NCBI GenBank assembly: GCA_036172245.1
Contig: JAYWIR010000018.1
Location: forward strand, 3,534,001-3,598,000
Origin: Raillietiella orientalis
Taxonomy: Eukaryota
Length of the DNA: 64,000 nt
Direction: 5' to 3'
Position numbers and translations under genes: made by a program. Below the pieces are notes generated by a model that worked only from the letters and a program-made list of their open reading frames with translations, was not told where the DNA came from and searched no databases. Below, piece by piece: positions 11,701 through 22,899 of this stretch. How positions within the stretch are numbered: the stretch's first letter is position 1; every line of letters starts with the position of its first letter.

Positions 11701-12795
11701 TTTTTTTTAAGCCAAAGGTTCTCAGGTTTCGGGAGGATGACTTTAATGGAGGCAACTCCTGCATTCCCCTATCTTATCGCTAGGTGCAGTCGGAAAAACT
11801 TCTGCTTTGGGGCAAATAAGAACTTCTTCCAACCTTCGAAATTCCGATGCAAGGGAACTCCCAGGAAGCAATGGAATGCACACATCCAGAGCTGAGGGCT
11901 GCATAACTTTCAGGTTACTGCAATGCAATGAGATCTCTCAGGAGTAACAAGGAAACAAAAGATAAAAACTACAACTGCAATGAAAATTCGAAACCATGGT
12001 AGCAAGAATGTTAAAAAAAAAAAAGAAAGTGCTAAGACACTATAACAGGATCACGACTCACCCTCGTGAGCGTCACAGCAGAGCGTGATATCGGAATGAC
12101 TGCGTCACTGATGACGGCAAAATGACGTCGTTACACTCATAAACGCAATGGGTGAAGCGCCAATGAACAATGTAACCAAAATATCACAATTACAAAATAG
12201 CAGCGTGGGGAGGGGCTTGTGCGGACGACCAATCCACAGGTGGCTCGCGAAAGCTTTCAGCGACTGGGCGCTGGGAAGGCTTTTCGCGCGGTCACGCCTG
12301 AGCGTTTCATTTAAAAATAAACATACAAATATGGCAGAACATTGAGCCCTATCCAGCAGAACAATTCTCTAGGGATTCCTGCCGATGAGGTTCGTAAACA
12401 CAGGAAGGGGAATAGGAAAAGGAAAAAAAAACCACACACACACACAAAAACAAAATTAACGAAAGCAATTAATACTATACTATACTACAAAGCAACAAAT
12501 CACTGACCGATCAATTGGGAAACCTGCATATCATGCGGAATGTCCGGAAGCTTCTCCTTGTGGAGTTCCAAGCAGAAACAACTAGCCATGATCCCTGGGA
12601 AATGAATTGCCAAGTGAACGGGTACACGGTCGTCGTGTGCTTCCTCCGCTTAGCTACTCATTAGCGATGCCGTCGAAACACGACAAGGTCGGAGGCATAG
12701 CGTTCCTCATAAAGAGGAGACACTGGCGTGGCCAACCGGCATAAACAAGTTAGTGAAGAAAAGTTCCATCAATAACCAGAGAGAAGTACACTCAA

Positions 12796-15700
12796 GCAGA
12801 GCGCGCGGGAAGGTCTCACCGCATCTAGCACAATGCAGGGCCACACTTCCCTTGGATCAGTGATGCTGACACCTCTGGACCAGGGGCGGGTGCTTCGACG
12901 GTGCAGACATGCTTGCCTTTCGCCGAACCGCTCGGATGTTCGAAAACACCCTTCGGCTAGATGCCTTTTGCTTTTCAATGGCTTCACGCGAGCCTGGAGA
13001 CGGGGTAGCGGCGTTGCAATGGCAGAAATGCCGCCAAGCGAAAGGAAGGAAGGAAATTCACCACCGCTTCCCACAGAGCCGGAGACAGCAGCTTCTGCAG
13101 CTTCGCCGTCCAGGAAAGAGAGGACTTGGAGCCAAGTAGCGCCAACGGAGATGCCTGCTCCCTAGGTCTACATGGTCCGAGGCTACCGGTCGGCGCTGCC
13201 GTCTCTCGGAGTCGCTTCGATTGCACTCTCTTTCGCGGAAACTGTGCGCGCCCGAAGCAACGTGCAAAAGGCAGAGCTGGAAGGCCTCTCGGTGGTCAGT
13301 GCCACGCAATCCCTTGAGGTTACTTGCAAGGATTCGGGACTCGCTTAACAGCTGCTGAATACTTCCTAAACCATCGAGAGCAGAAAGCTTCTCCGAAACA
13401 CGGAGGACCACTCGAGGGTGGTGCACCCAATAACGGACTCGGACTGCGCATGGCGAGAGGAGAGCGCACCGTCGTTCTAGCCAAGGCCCAGCTTGTTCGC
13501 AGGATCCGAGGGACCGCACAACGACTCGGCAGCGGCCGCGCGTGCCGCAGCACGCTGTGGGAAGCAGATTCCCGATGCACTGCAAGTGCAGGCAGAACGC
13601 AACCTACCTATGGTTTCCATGGAGATCGAAGGAATGCGGTCGTTGCGATGACACGGGACACCCGAAGAGAAGGCGTCCGTTCTTCCCGCTGCGAGAGCAA
13701 AAAGAAAAAGACACACGACGCGCGCCGCAAACACGGGTCAATCGAATGCCGGGAGCGAACCGCGTGAAACCACAAACCGCACGAACCTCGGACGCGATAC
13801 CTCGGCTCAGGAAAATGACGAGAAGGCGGGATGGCTGCTGCTGGTGGCGGATAAAAAGAAAAAGAAGAAAGTGGGAAACCATCAAGGCGAAGGACAGCGG
13901 AAGGAGAGGATAAAAACGGGACAAGCGGCTATCGCGACTAGTAGAGAACGTCGCCAACGCGACGCCCGATGCGGTGATCCTCGACGTTACCGCGAAACGC
14001 GGCGACGACGTTCCTGCCTCCCTCGATGGGGAGCCACATGTCGCCAACAGGAGAGAACTCGACGGCAGGAGGGCCTGGTCCTAAGTTCGTCCAGGACCGC
14101 TGTAGGGAAGGAGGGAGCAACGAAATCCGTGGACCCCTCCCTGCTGACGACGGACCCGCTTCAGCGCAAAGCGGGAGCGACGGCGTAGACTTCCCAGCAG
14201 CAATGCGGGCAGCCGCCTCCTTGCATCGATTGCGAACTGCCGCTTGGGATGTGAACGGAAAACTCTCAGAGACTCGAAAGGACCAGCCGCGACCCAATCC
14301 CCGCTCCGCCGCGACCTCCAAGAAGTCCTCAAAGCCCTCGCTCTTTTCCAAGAAGTCCACCAGCGCTCTCCACGGTGGGGGATGCGAAAGGGTCCAGTGT
14401 AAGCTGCCCTGGCATTGTGGTTCCTGGAACACGCGCAGAGTCGCGTTCCGTGCACGCGCATCTCGCGAGTGCCACGAGCGACGTCCGTTTCCATGACATC
14501 GGTCGAGCGGGCCGGGCCGACTTTCGCTCAGATGGTCCGATGCGATTGATCTCGTCGTGACCAACGTCTACGCTCCACAACGTTCACATCGAACGAACTC
14601 GAGTTGGGCGTTGGCCAACGGCTAAGCGCGTTCCGACGTGTTGCGCCCGATTTCAGCCTCCGTCTGCTGTCGAATCACACCCGTTGGCAAGACCAGCGAG
14701 GGCAGGCGATGAACTTGCTCACCCATGAGCCTGGAATGCACGATTCGGTCGAATACGCCCGCCTCGACGAACACCCGTTTTTTTCGCGGGTGGACACAAG
14801 AGGCAAAGTGAAATCGATCCTATCGGATCGTCCCGGGGTCGGGTTGGAGCTGCTGCATCCGCCTGGAGAGCGTCCTCCGATGAATGTATGGAGACTGAGT
14901 CGTCTGCAAACCGCAGAGCAGCTTGCTGCTTTCCTCCGTGGTTTTTGCCATTCCACCGATCTCGACTAGGATTGAAGGATTCGGTCCGAAAGAATTCGGT
15001 CCGGTCATATCCGCCGCACCTCCTGCTCCAAGGTTTCGGGGGAAGAATTAGCAACAGCCGCGCTTGCAAGCGCGAACTGGCCGCGCGCAGGCTGGCCGAA
15101 TACAAGACCAGAGTCGCACGGAACGACACATCAAAGGGCACCATGTGCGCTAAACGAGCAAGACCTGGGACGTTCACCTCCAGCTGACCGTAAAGAAAGA
15201 CGTCCGCGTCTTCTACTCCTCACCGCACGCAAAGGCAGAGAGACTTCGCGGAGCAGTAGCTGCCGGAGGGCGCTTCAGCGTGAACCGAAAGGAGCGCTCG
15301 GAGAGGAACTCGGTTCACGCTTGGAGAGAGAGGAGCTCCTCTTTGGATGGAGGAGATTGCTGCCTCCATCGTTAAGATGGAAAGCACCCAATGAAAAGGG
15401 ACCGCTGATAAAATGCTTCGCCACAGAATTGTACCTCCGCATCCCCACCCACCCCTTTCCCCAGTGCATATGCTCTCGATGCTGATTCCAGAGAGGGGCG
15501 AGTTCCTTGTGGTCAGTGCGTCTCTTCCCTAAAGAAGGACGCACGCGGCATGAACAACCGGAGCAGTCCGATCACCTTGGTGAACTCGGACGTCGAGCCG
15601 TTCTCGCAACTGGAAGCCATGAGCCTAAGGAAGGTTGCCAACGACGTGCGCGGAGCACTCCTACGTGTTCGTCGGAGGAGCATGGAAAAAAAAAAACCTG

Positions 15701-17410
15701 CTCTCCGCTCTAGCTGCTTCCGGCTGCAAAAGAGAGAGGCTGTCGATCGAGCGCCTCAAGGCAGGATGAGCCCAGAAAGGCATTTGGACAATGTTCCAAA
15801 AAGCGAAGTAAAAACGTTCTCTGTGGTGCAGCGCGTTCGTGACTTGTCCTCAGCTGTAGGCACGCGTGCCTCCGCATCGGCGAGGGATCAGCAGGCAGGG
15901 TTTCAGCTGGAGCCCCGTGATGGACAGCACCTTATTCAAATCGATGCTGAAGGATATCTCCGTCCTTCTGTCCCTGAACGACGACGACGACTTCCTTTTG
16001 CTCGCCGAGCCAGCGCTGACGGCCTGGCTCGAGAAATTCTGTGAGCTGCTATGCTGGGGATCAGGCACGAGAGCGAGCAGGATGTAGTCGCAGGTCGTTC
16101 CTGTCGGTGCGGCGTGAGCAGGGCACACGAACCGTATCCGTTTGAGGATTCCTGTGGTCAGCACCATGAAATACCTTGGTGGGTCCTTAGGAGACTTCTG
16201 TACCGCAGAGGTTTCGTTCTGTTGCTTCCGGATGGTACAGAAGGAGCTGGCTCCGCTCCAAGATGGCAAGTCGCTCTTGTCGGAACGGACTGCCGCGTTT
16301 GGAACGCCTTTGTTCCCCTCTTGCTCCAGCTTCTGTATGTCTCGCCCTTGCCACATAGGGCTTTCCGCAGGATTCGGGCCCGGTGTAAGACGGTCCGGCA
16401 TCCTGCGGAAAGACGCTCACAGTCTCGCCCATCCACAGTTTCTCCCTCAGAAATCGAAGGCATCCTCACGTCGGAGCAGAGCCATTATTCGAACCTGGTG
16501 CTACGGCTCCAGTTTCGAATAATGGCCGCACGCGAAATGCCGAGGCCAGAGGTCAGTTGCGAGGGAATGGCATCGTTGCTACCTCGCAATCGAGACTGCA
16601 GGGAGGCGTTCGGGTTATCACCGAGGTAAATCGCTTCCCGCTTTGCAACAGCCGTCACGGAAACTGCAACGCTTGGCACCAGGAAGCAGTGGACGTCTGG
16701 ATCTGCACCACGCGCACTGATGCTGCGCCCCATTCACAGCCTGATGGCAGTCTTTCTCCCCACGAAATCTCGAGGACCTGAATTGAGTATCTGTCTGTCA
16801 CCAGATCTCTAGCAATTCATCGGGCCTCACGAGTCATGCTCACTGGAGGAAGTGGAATGGGACCGGAAGAAGTGACTGCCATGCTTCTAGCCGCAGCGCT
16901 GCCCACCTTACGTGGAAAAAAGCGACAGTTGCCAACCGGTTGGGTATGTGATCTCGTGCCCTGTGGCTGGAGCAACGAAATCGGTGGAACCGGTGAAAGA
17001 CGGGCCAATGGGTTGACCCTGGTGACGCTTTGCGCTTGCGTCAAAGGATGCCTCGGCTGGGCACAGTACCTGGGCATTCCGTCGTCGGGGATTGAGATTC
17101 CTTCCCTCTACCAAGACCGCTATGTGCCCTCCCCACGAAAAGGCCTTGCTGTTCGTTCAATGGGGTTTCCCGTTCAGCCAGCGGCGGCGTCGCTGGGCGA
17201 GAGGAAACATTCTTCGGACTGCGCAGGCTGCGGAGAAATCGACATTTCCACGCAATGGATGCTGGGATGCGGTCAACTTCAAAGCGTTTGGAAATGCCTC
17301 GCGGCTGTCCTACTTCGTCCCAAAGACACGGGAGAAGGGTTGCTGCGTAGCTGCTTCAAGTGGGATGGGTTTTCGCCTGCTTCCCCGATCCTGTGTTGTG
17401 GCAGCAGGGT
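12796..17410 (+). mobile_element. Near full-length decayed L1/Tx1-like retrotransposon (ORF1 + APE endonuclease + RT + zinc finger)
   Basis: Ordered relic motifs: RTWSQVA; LWFPWRSKECGRCDDTGH (knuckle); AAWDVNG, LFQEVH, VTNVYAP (14557-14577), SRVD...SDRP (APE); SPITLVNSD, RGISRQG..SP, LNDDDDFLL, MKYLG (RT); CAGCGEID...C...VW (finger). Many stops and frameshifts. Confidence 0.88.
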
Positions 17411-17439
17411 CATGCCCGTACCCGGGTACGCCAGGACGT

Positions 17440-18020
17440 TGAATTTGCCGAAAAATATAGAACATGGCATGTGAGAATTTAGAAGAGAAATCAGGAAAAC
17501 ACAGGCATCACTGTAAAAGGAAAGCGTGGCTGTGCATTTTGCCATGTGCGAAGGAGTAAAAACATTTCTTCACCATCTTCTTGACTGTGTTGCTCTCTGG
17601 AATGCATGCAAATGGCTGTGGAATCCTAGCAGATATGCAGAAGGTGTGATGTGTGATGTGTGATGCGATGTTGCCTGCCGGGGCGATCAGAAGTTTGTGG
17701 TACCTCCGCAGAAGCGAGTCAACATGCTCTGTTACCGGAGGGCTGGATGATGCCAACACGCATTCCCATAATGATTTCCTTCTAAGAAGGTGAACTAAGT
17801 GGTTCGACGCGGTGGACGCAAACGAGGAACTTCACATTATGCTGCACAGATTTATAGCATTTCAGGGAATCAATCATCTTTCCTCTTTCGTCGCATTTTC
17901 CACAAAGTCTTTTAATTTATTTGTTTCTTTTCTCCTCTTTCCTCAATGCGGACTTGACTGTCAGGTACTCAAGAATTTCCAAAGCTTTTGGGAGACCTGG
18001 TAGTCGACTCTGATTTTTTT
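17440..18020 (+). mobile_element. Second Tx1-like 3' fragment abutting the long element
   Basis: A second zinc-finger relic (FAMCEGVKTFLHHLLDCVALW) follows the first, then a T-rich UTR. Confidence 0.55.
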
Positions 18021-20499
18021 AAAATTTCGTTTGTAGGGTTTTTATCCAAGTTTGTAGGAGTTGAGAGCGAGTGAAAGACATGGTGCACCTTCCCCGCCGT
18101 CACTGCTGAAGAAGCGCGGGCGTTTAAAGGGGAAATCTCCATTGGATACGGGTCTTCTGCTTCTCTATCGAAGAGTCTGTGGCCGCAAAGCCATCCGAGC
18201 CAGGATCTCCTCCGCCTTGAAGGGAGGAATAAGTTCGTAAGTTTATCCGTCCGGGAATTGTTGCTCATGATTAATGAAGCGGAGGACTGGTTCTAAACTT
18301 TCGTCCCTATTCTCCGGGACAGACGTCACCAGGATGCATCGTTTAATCAGCCGGAGTTGACGCGTTAAGATTCCGGGAAGATTTTCAGTGGGCAGGAATG
18401 GAATGAGTTGAAGGAGAGATTTCGCTCAGTGCAGGAAGACTCGCAGGAAGGGAATTTCATGGGACGCGCGTAAAGTCAGTCGGAAGTGTTCGGCATTTGC
18501 AGGGAGAAGGAAAGAGAGGATGAAAATAGGCGCTGCTCAGAGAGAAACTCGGAATACAGGGGAGAAAATCGTCTCCGGAGAGGAGTCGGAGGTACTGATG
18601 CGAGTTGGGGATGCTTGAAGCCTTGAGGTAATTCTGATCGTCGCGATTGGGAGGAGCAGTTAGAACACGCCAGCTGGACGTGGGGGCGCCAGCGCTAAGC
18701 AGAAGCTCTCGCTCAAAGGATCAATATCCCCTTTGCATTTATCTCTGCGAACCGGCGCTGAGGACCGTTGTCAGCGAGTCCACACCGACGTCTGCCACCT
18801 CGTGGGGTAGCCGTGCTGCCCAGGGAGATGAGGTCCGCACCCCAAGAGCAGGCAGACGGAGACAAAAAACTTTTTTTTCAGGGAGCAAGGAAAGGTAGGC
18901 GTGAGGAATCAGGACACATTGGTCCATCCTCTGAGTGAACGGGAGCACATGGCTCCTCAAGGTGACCAGCGGAAACGCGGATTTTAGACGGCTAATCGAG
19001 GCTTGCGAGATGTTCGAGGTTAAACGCGAGGAGGGCACTCAAAAAGCGATTTCGGAGAGGGACCGACTATGGACGCAAGGAAGAAAAAGGAAATTCTGAA
19101 GATCGAATCGGATGATTTGTCAAATGTCGTCAAACGAGGATGCTGGCGAAACTTGGGAGACAAAAACAAAGAAAAACAAGGCCAAAAAACAACGGAAAAA
19201 GTTTTGGCAGATTAAATGCGAAGGAAGAGGCGAAGGGAGAGGATGGGAACTTCGCTTCAGTTCGCTTTTCCATCTCTAATGAAATAAATCGAATGTCCTG
19301 AGGACATGTGAGAAATAATGGACACAAGATGGTGCATTTCGTGAAACGCAGCGTACAGTGTGGTCTGTTTGGCATTCCTGGGTTGTCTGATGGCGAATAA
19401 AAGGAGACTTGGAGAACCACGCGCACACTCACGCATAAGCGCACTCCCCCGCTCCGTCAGGGGGGTTTTTTAATGTTCAGCGCGTGACATATGCATCCGC
19501 TAGGTCGCAAAATGCGCAAGGGTGTTAGCGAAAGTGATGGCTTTTGGAACTGACTAGTTTCCGTCCAGGTGCAAAAGACGACGGGTAGATCGATGCTCTT
19601 GGGCGGGAGATGTCTCGGGAGAGGAAACCTACGGAATTCATCTTCTGCCTCTTTAGTCGTTCAGACTGGAATGTTCTAAGGAGTATCATGTAAAAATCCA
19701 CGGGAGATGGAGGAAGAAGCTGTCAAATGTGCGGATGGATGGCTACACATGGAGCTCCTGACAAGTATAGACTTGTTCAGTTGGAAAAACCATCGCATCT
19801 CAAGCATTGAACATTACAAGTCGCTGGTGGTTCTTCCTCGATGCCTGACCACGGTTTCGCAACTGCAGGTTGGAGGCTCATTGTGTTCTCTGCATCCCCT
19901 CTCCCTCCGAATGTTTGCGAACCGACCGATTTTTTGAATAACTGCAGTTGACGGCAGAGAATTGGTTTTCTGAAATGCACTCTATGCCAGGAAGTGCCAC
20001 AGAAAGATCAAAAGCCTCTGAGATGAGTGTCCTCGAAAGAATCATTCGAAACAGGACCAAGGCTCGTTGCGGGGATGCTTCAAGACCGTTTTGTGGCTTC
20101 GCGGTCGCTGAGCAGCTGAAGGCGTGGCATCCGAGTGAGGTTGAAATCTGCAGCGCTTGGATGCCGCGTTTCCCTTGCAGCCTGAGGGTTCGGCCCAGAA
20201 TTCGCAAAATTCCTCTTCTCCCCCCCCCCCTCCCATTTCTCTCCGAAAAGAGTGCGCTTCCGCCTCGCTGCCATCACTGAGCTGTGAGATTGAAATCTGC
20301 TGCAGTAGACAACGTGCTTTTCGTATACACGGAAAACCGCAATCCGAGATTAGCGAGGGGTGGGGCAAGGTGCAGAGCCCGCCAAAGTCCTTGCGTGTGC
20401 ATGATTGCGGATCTTGGCTCTTCCGTACACGCATACAAGCAATATGCGCGCGTGTATCGTAAAATTTGCAAGTGCCTTTGGATATGTTTCATGCTTGTT

Positions 20500-22800
20500 T
20501 TCCTGAGTTATGCATTTGCAGGAACAGAGAGAGACTCCCTGTTTACAGAGAGAGGCTCGCCGAGGCTCCCCAGCCGGATGTTGCAAACAAGTTCTAATGG
20601 GCACGCGGCTTCTTTCATCGAGAATGTAGTCTAAGAAGGTCTTTCCGAACAAACCCATAAGGTCTTCGGTAAGAACATCGAGTCCAACACCCTACTGGGG
20701 ACAGTTGATATATGTTCAGAATCGTTCTTCTCCAACATCTCAATTATCCAGTCATCCGGTGAGAAGCCGTTTATTTTTGTTGAGGAGCACACAAAACTAA
20801 AATACAAATACAAATACGAAACTAACTTCTCGCCTTAAGGTACATGCAATATAGAGAGAGGGAACAGCAACAGCATTCTTAGTTTTTGCACCTTCTCTTA
20901 TTTCAGTTGTTCCCATGGTTTCGCACTGTTGTCCCAGAAGTGTTTCATTTGGTGTTTCCAGTAGAGCTTCAGGGACATTTTCCTACTTCCGCTAGACGGT
21001 GAGAGTAGAAATACCTACAAGTTTCTCCTTCTCGTTTTCAGGATGTGATTGCCGGTTTTTAAGCTCGCTGATCCTGCAGTTGTTTTACGAGCTAAGAAAT
21101 TGAAGGACACACACAAGGGAGGAAACTGCTCTGGAGAAAAAGCGACTGCTGAGGACCTAGTACTAGGTCCTCAGCAGTAAGTACTAGGTCCTTTCTATCC
21201 ATCCTTTTCCCGACTTCTGATCATCTTGGGTTGGTTTTGAACAGATAGGCGACGTAGAACATTCTTCGCTCTGCAGCAAGACCAAGTCAGGTCTTGAGCT
21301 GTAGATCTGGCAGAAACACGGTCGGCTGGTTCCATTACTTACTATCTCCTTGTGTTCTGTTTTCATGCTTCTGGGCTTGTCCATCATATTTCAGTGTTGC
21401 TCCGATGATGATTCGTGCAGTACTCGAGCACTTGATAGAGAGATTTCTCTCAGAGAGTACACCCCCAGCATATGCGTTCAGCGGTGCCATTAATCCCAAT
21501 GACTCCCAATAGTCCAGCTGCACTTAATAATAGAGCCTCATGCACAAGACGGTAATGAATGGAACAGAATCTAATCTTGACAGTATAGAAGGTAGCTCGA
21601 GTCACGATGCTAACCCACACAGGTCATGGCTTTACTCTGTTAGGAAAGCTCCTCTATCAAGATACTCTATGTCTTACTACGTTGGAGCAATCCAGCTCTG
21701 TTTTCTCTGCATATGTTAATCGAAGTTGAGATCTCTAGCAGTGATCCTTGGTTACCCGTCCTCAAAGGTTCATGTTACTTTCAGTCGGCTAGAAGCCTGT
21801 CGCCTCGCGGTACAAAAACTCCTTACATCATTAGTGGACGATAGGAATTCTTCAGTGTGTATACCAGACGAGAATCTCCCCAGTTTGCCATTCACGCGTT
21901 TCAGCAGAAGTGATCAAAGAGAAATCTTGTTTCCCAGTAATCTTGCTTCCCCAAAAATAGAAGCAAGTCGAGACGCTCGCCCCTGTCTTTGGAACTCTCA
22001 GTTCTCGAATCATTACAAAGATCTTCAAATCCAAAGACATCAGGTACTTATAATCGAATAAACCACGCTTAAAAGTTCTTCCTATGAAGTCTTTCTCTCA
22101 CCAGATATCCAAAACCAGTTTGGAGTATCCACTACCTCCTACAACATCCGCAACGACGGTAGCTTTAGGCGAGCTCGCGCATGATTCCTTTCGCACGCAC
22201 CATCGCGATCGGAATCTGAAAAACCTACCTTCCTACGATGGCGCACCACTGAAACGCAGGAGAAGTACTGTTTCTCCAGTTCGGTGGAGCTCAACGCTTG
22301 AGGACCATTACACACTCCTTAGCAGATTTCGATCCCATCGTCATCATCCTGCTGTTCAAAGTAGCCAAAATCTCTCCAGGGAAGCAAGTTTCGCCAAGGC
22401 CGACGCAATCCAACGTTGGCTTAATCCCATAGAACTAGTTTTGTAACACCTGCCTTCAGGAAACCGTTCTGACGTCTTCGGAGACAACGGCATGAGTTCA
22501 AGTGTCTGAGATTCTCCAGTTCCTTTCGTTCCTTGTTACACCTCGAAAAGAACACGGGGGTACCAGGCACCTTCCTTGCTATAACGTTGTGCTGCCTACA
22601 AGAGAGCAACCATGACGACAAACTCTCAATATAGGAGATCACATGGGAAATTGCAGGAAGGAATACATTGGGATGCTGGACGTCAACTCGGTGATGCTTC
22701 AACACTTGCTGCTCACTCAAAGGACTTATCCAATGAGCCAACATCTTTGAAATTCCCTTGAAAAATATGCTGATCGATCGAAGTTTTTAAAAAGCCTCTC
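20500..22800 (-). mobile_element. Heavily decayed non-LTR ORF2 relic (APE to start of RT)
   Basis: Weak ordered resemblances to APE and RT motif 0 in broken frames (ORF 22421-22744 and others). Boundaries uncertain. Confidence 0.4.
21145..21178. repeat. Perfect 34 bp palindrome
   Basis: actgctgaggacctagt|actaggtcctcagcagt, no spacer. Confidence 0.97.
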
Positions 22801-22899
22801 GCTACCTCTGAAGTGGAAGAATTCAGCATTGTAACCGTTGCATTGGGCTGTCCTGAGCAACGCACACAGAAGCAATCCATCTACCATGGAGCACCCATA

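Noticed and set aside
19445..19471. GC hairpin followed by a T run (terminator- or Helitron-end-like)
   Set aside because: Homopolymer stem, eukaryotic context, and no CTRR end or upstream Pol III gene seen.
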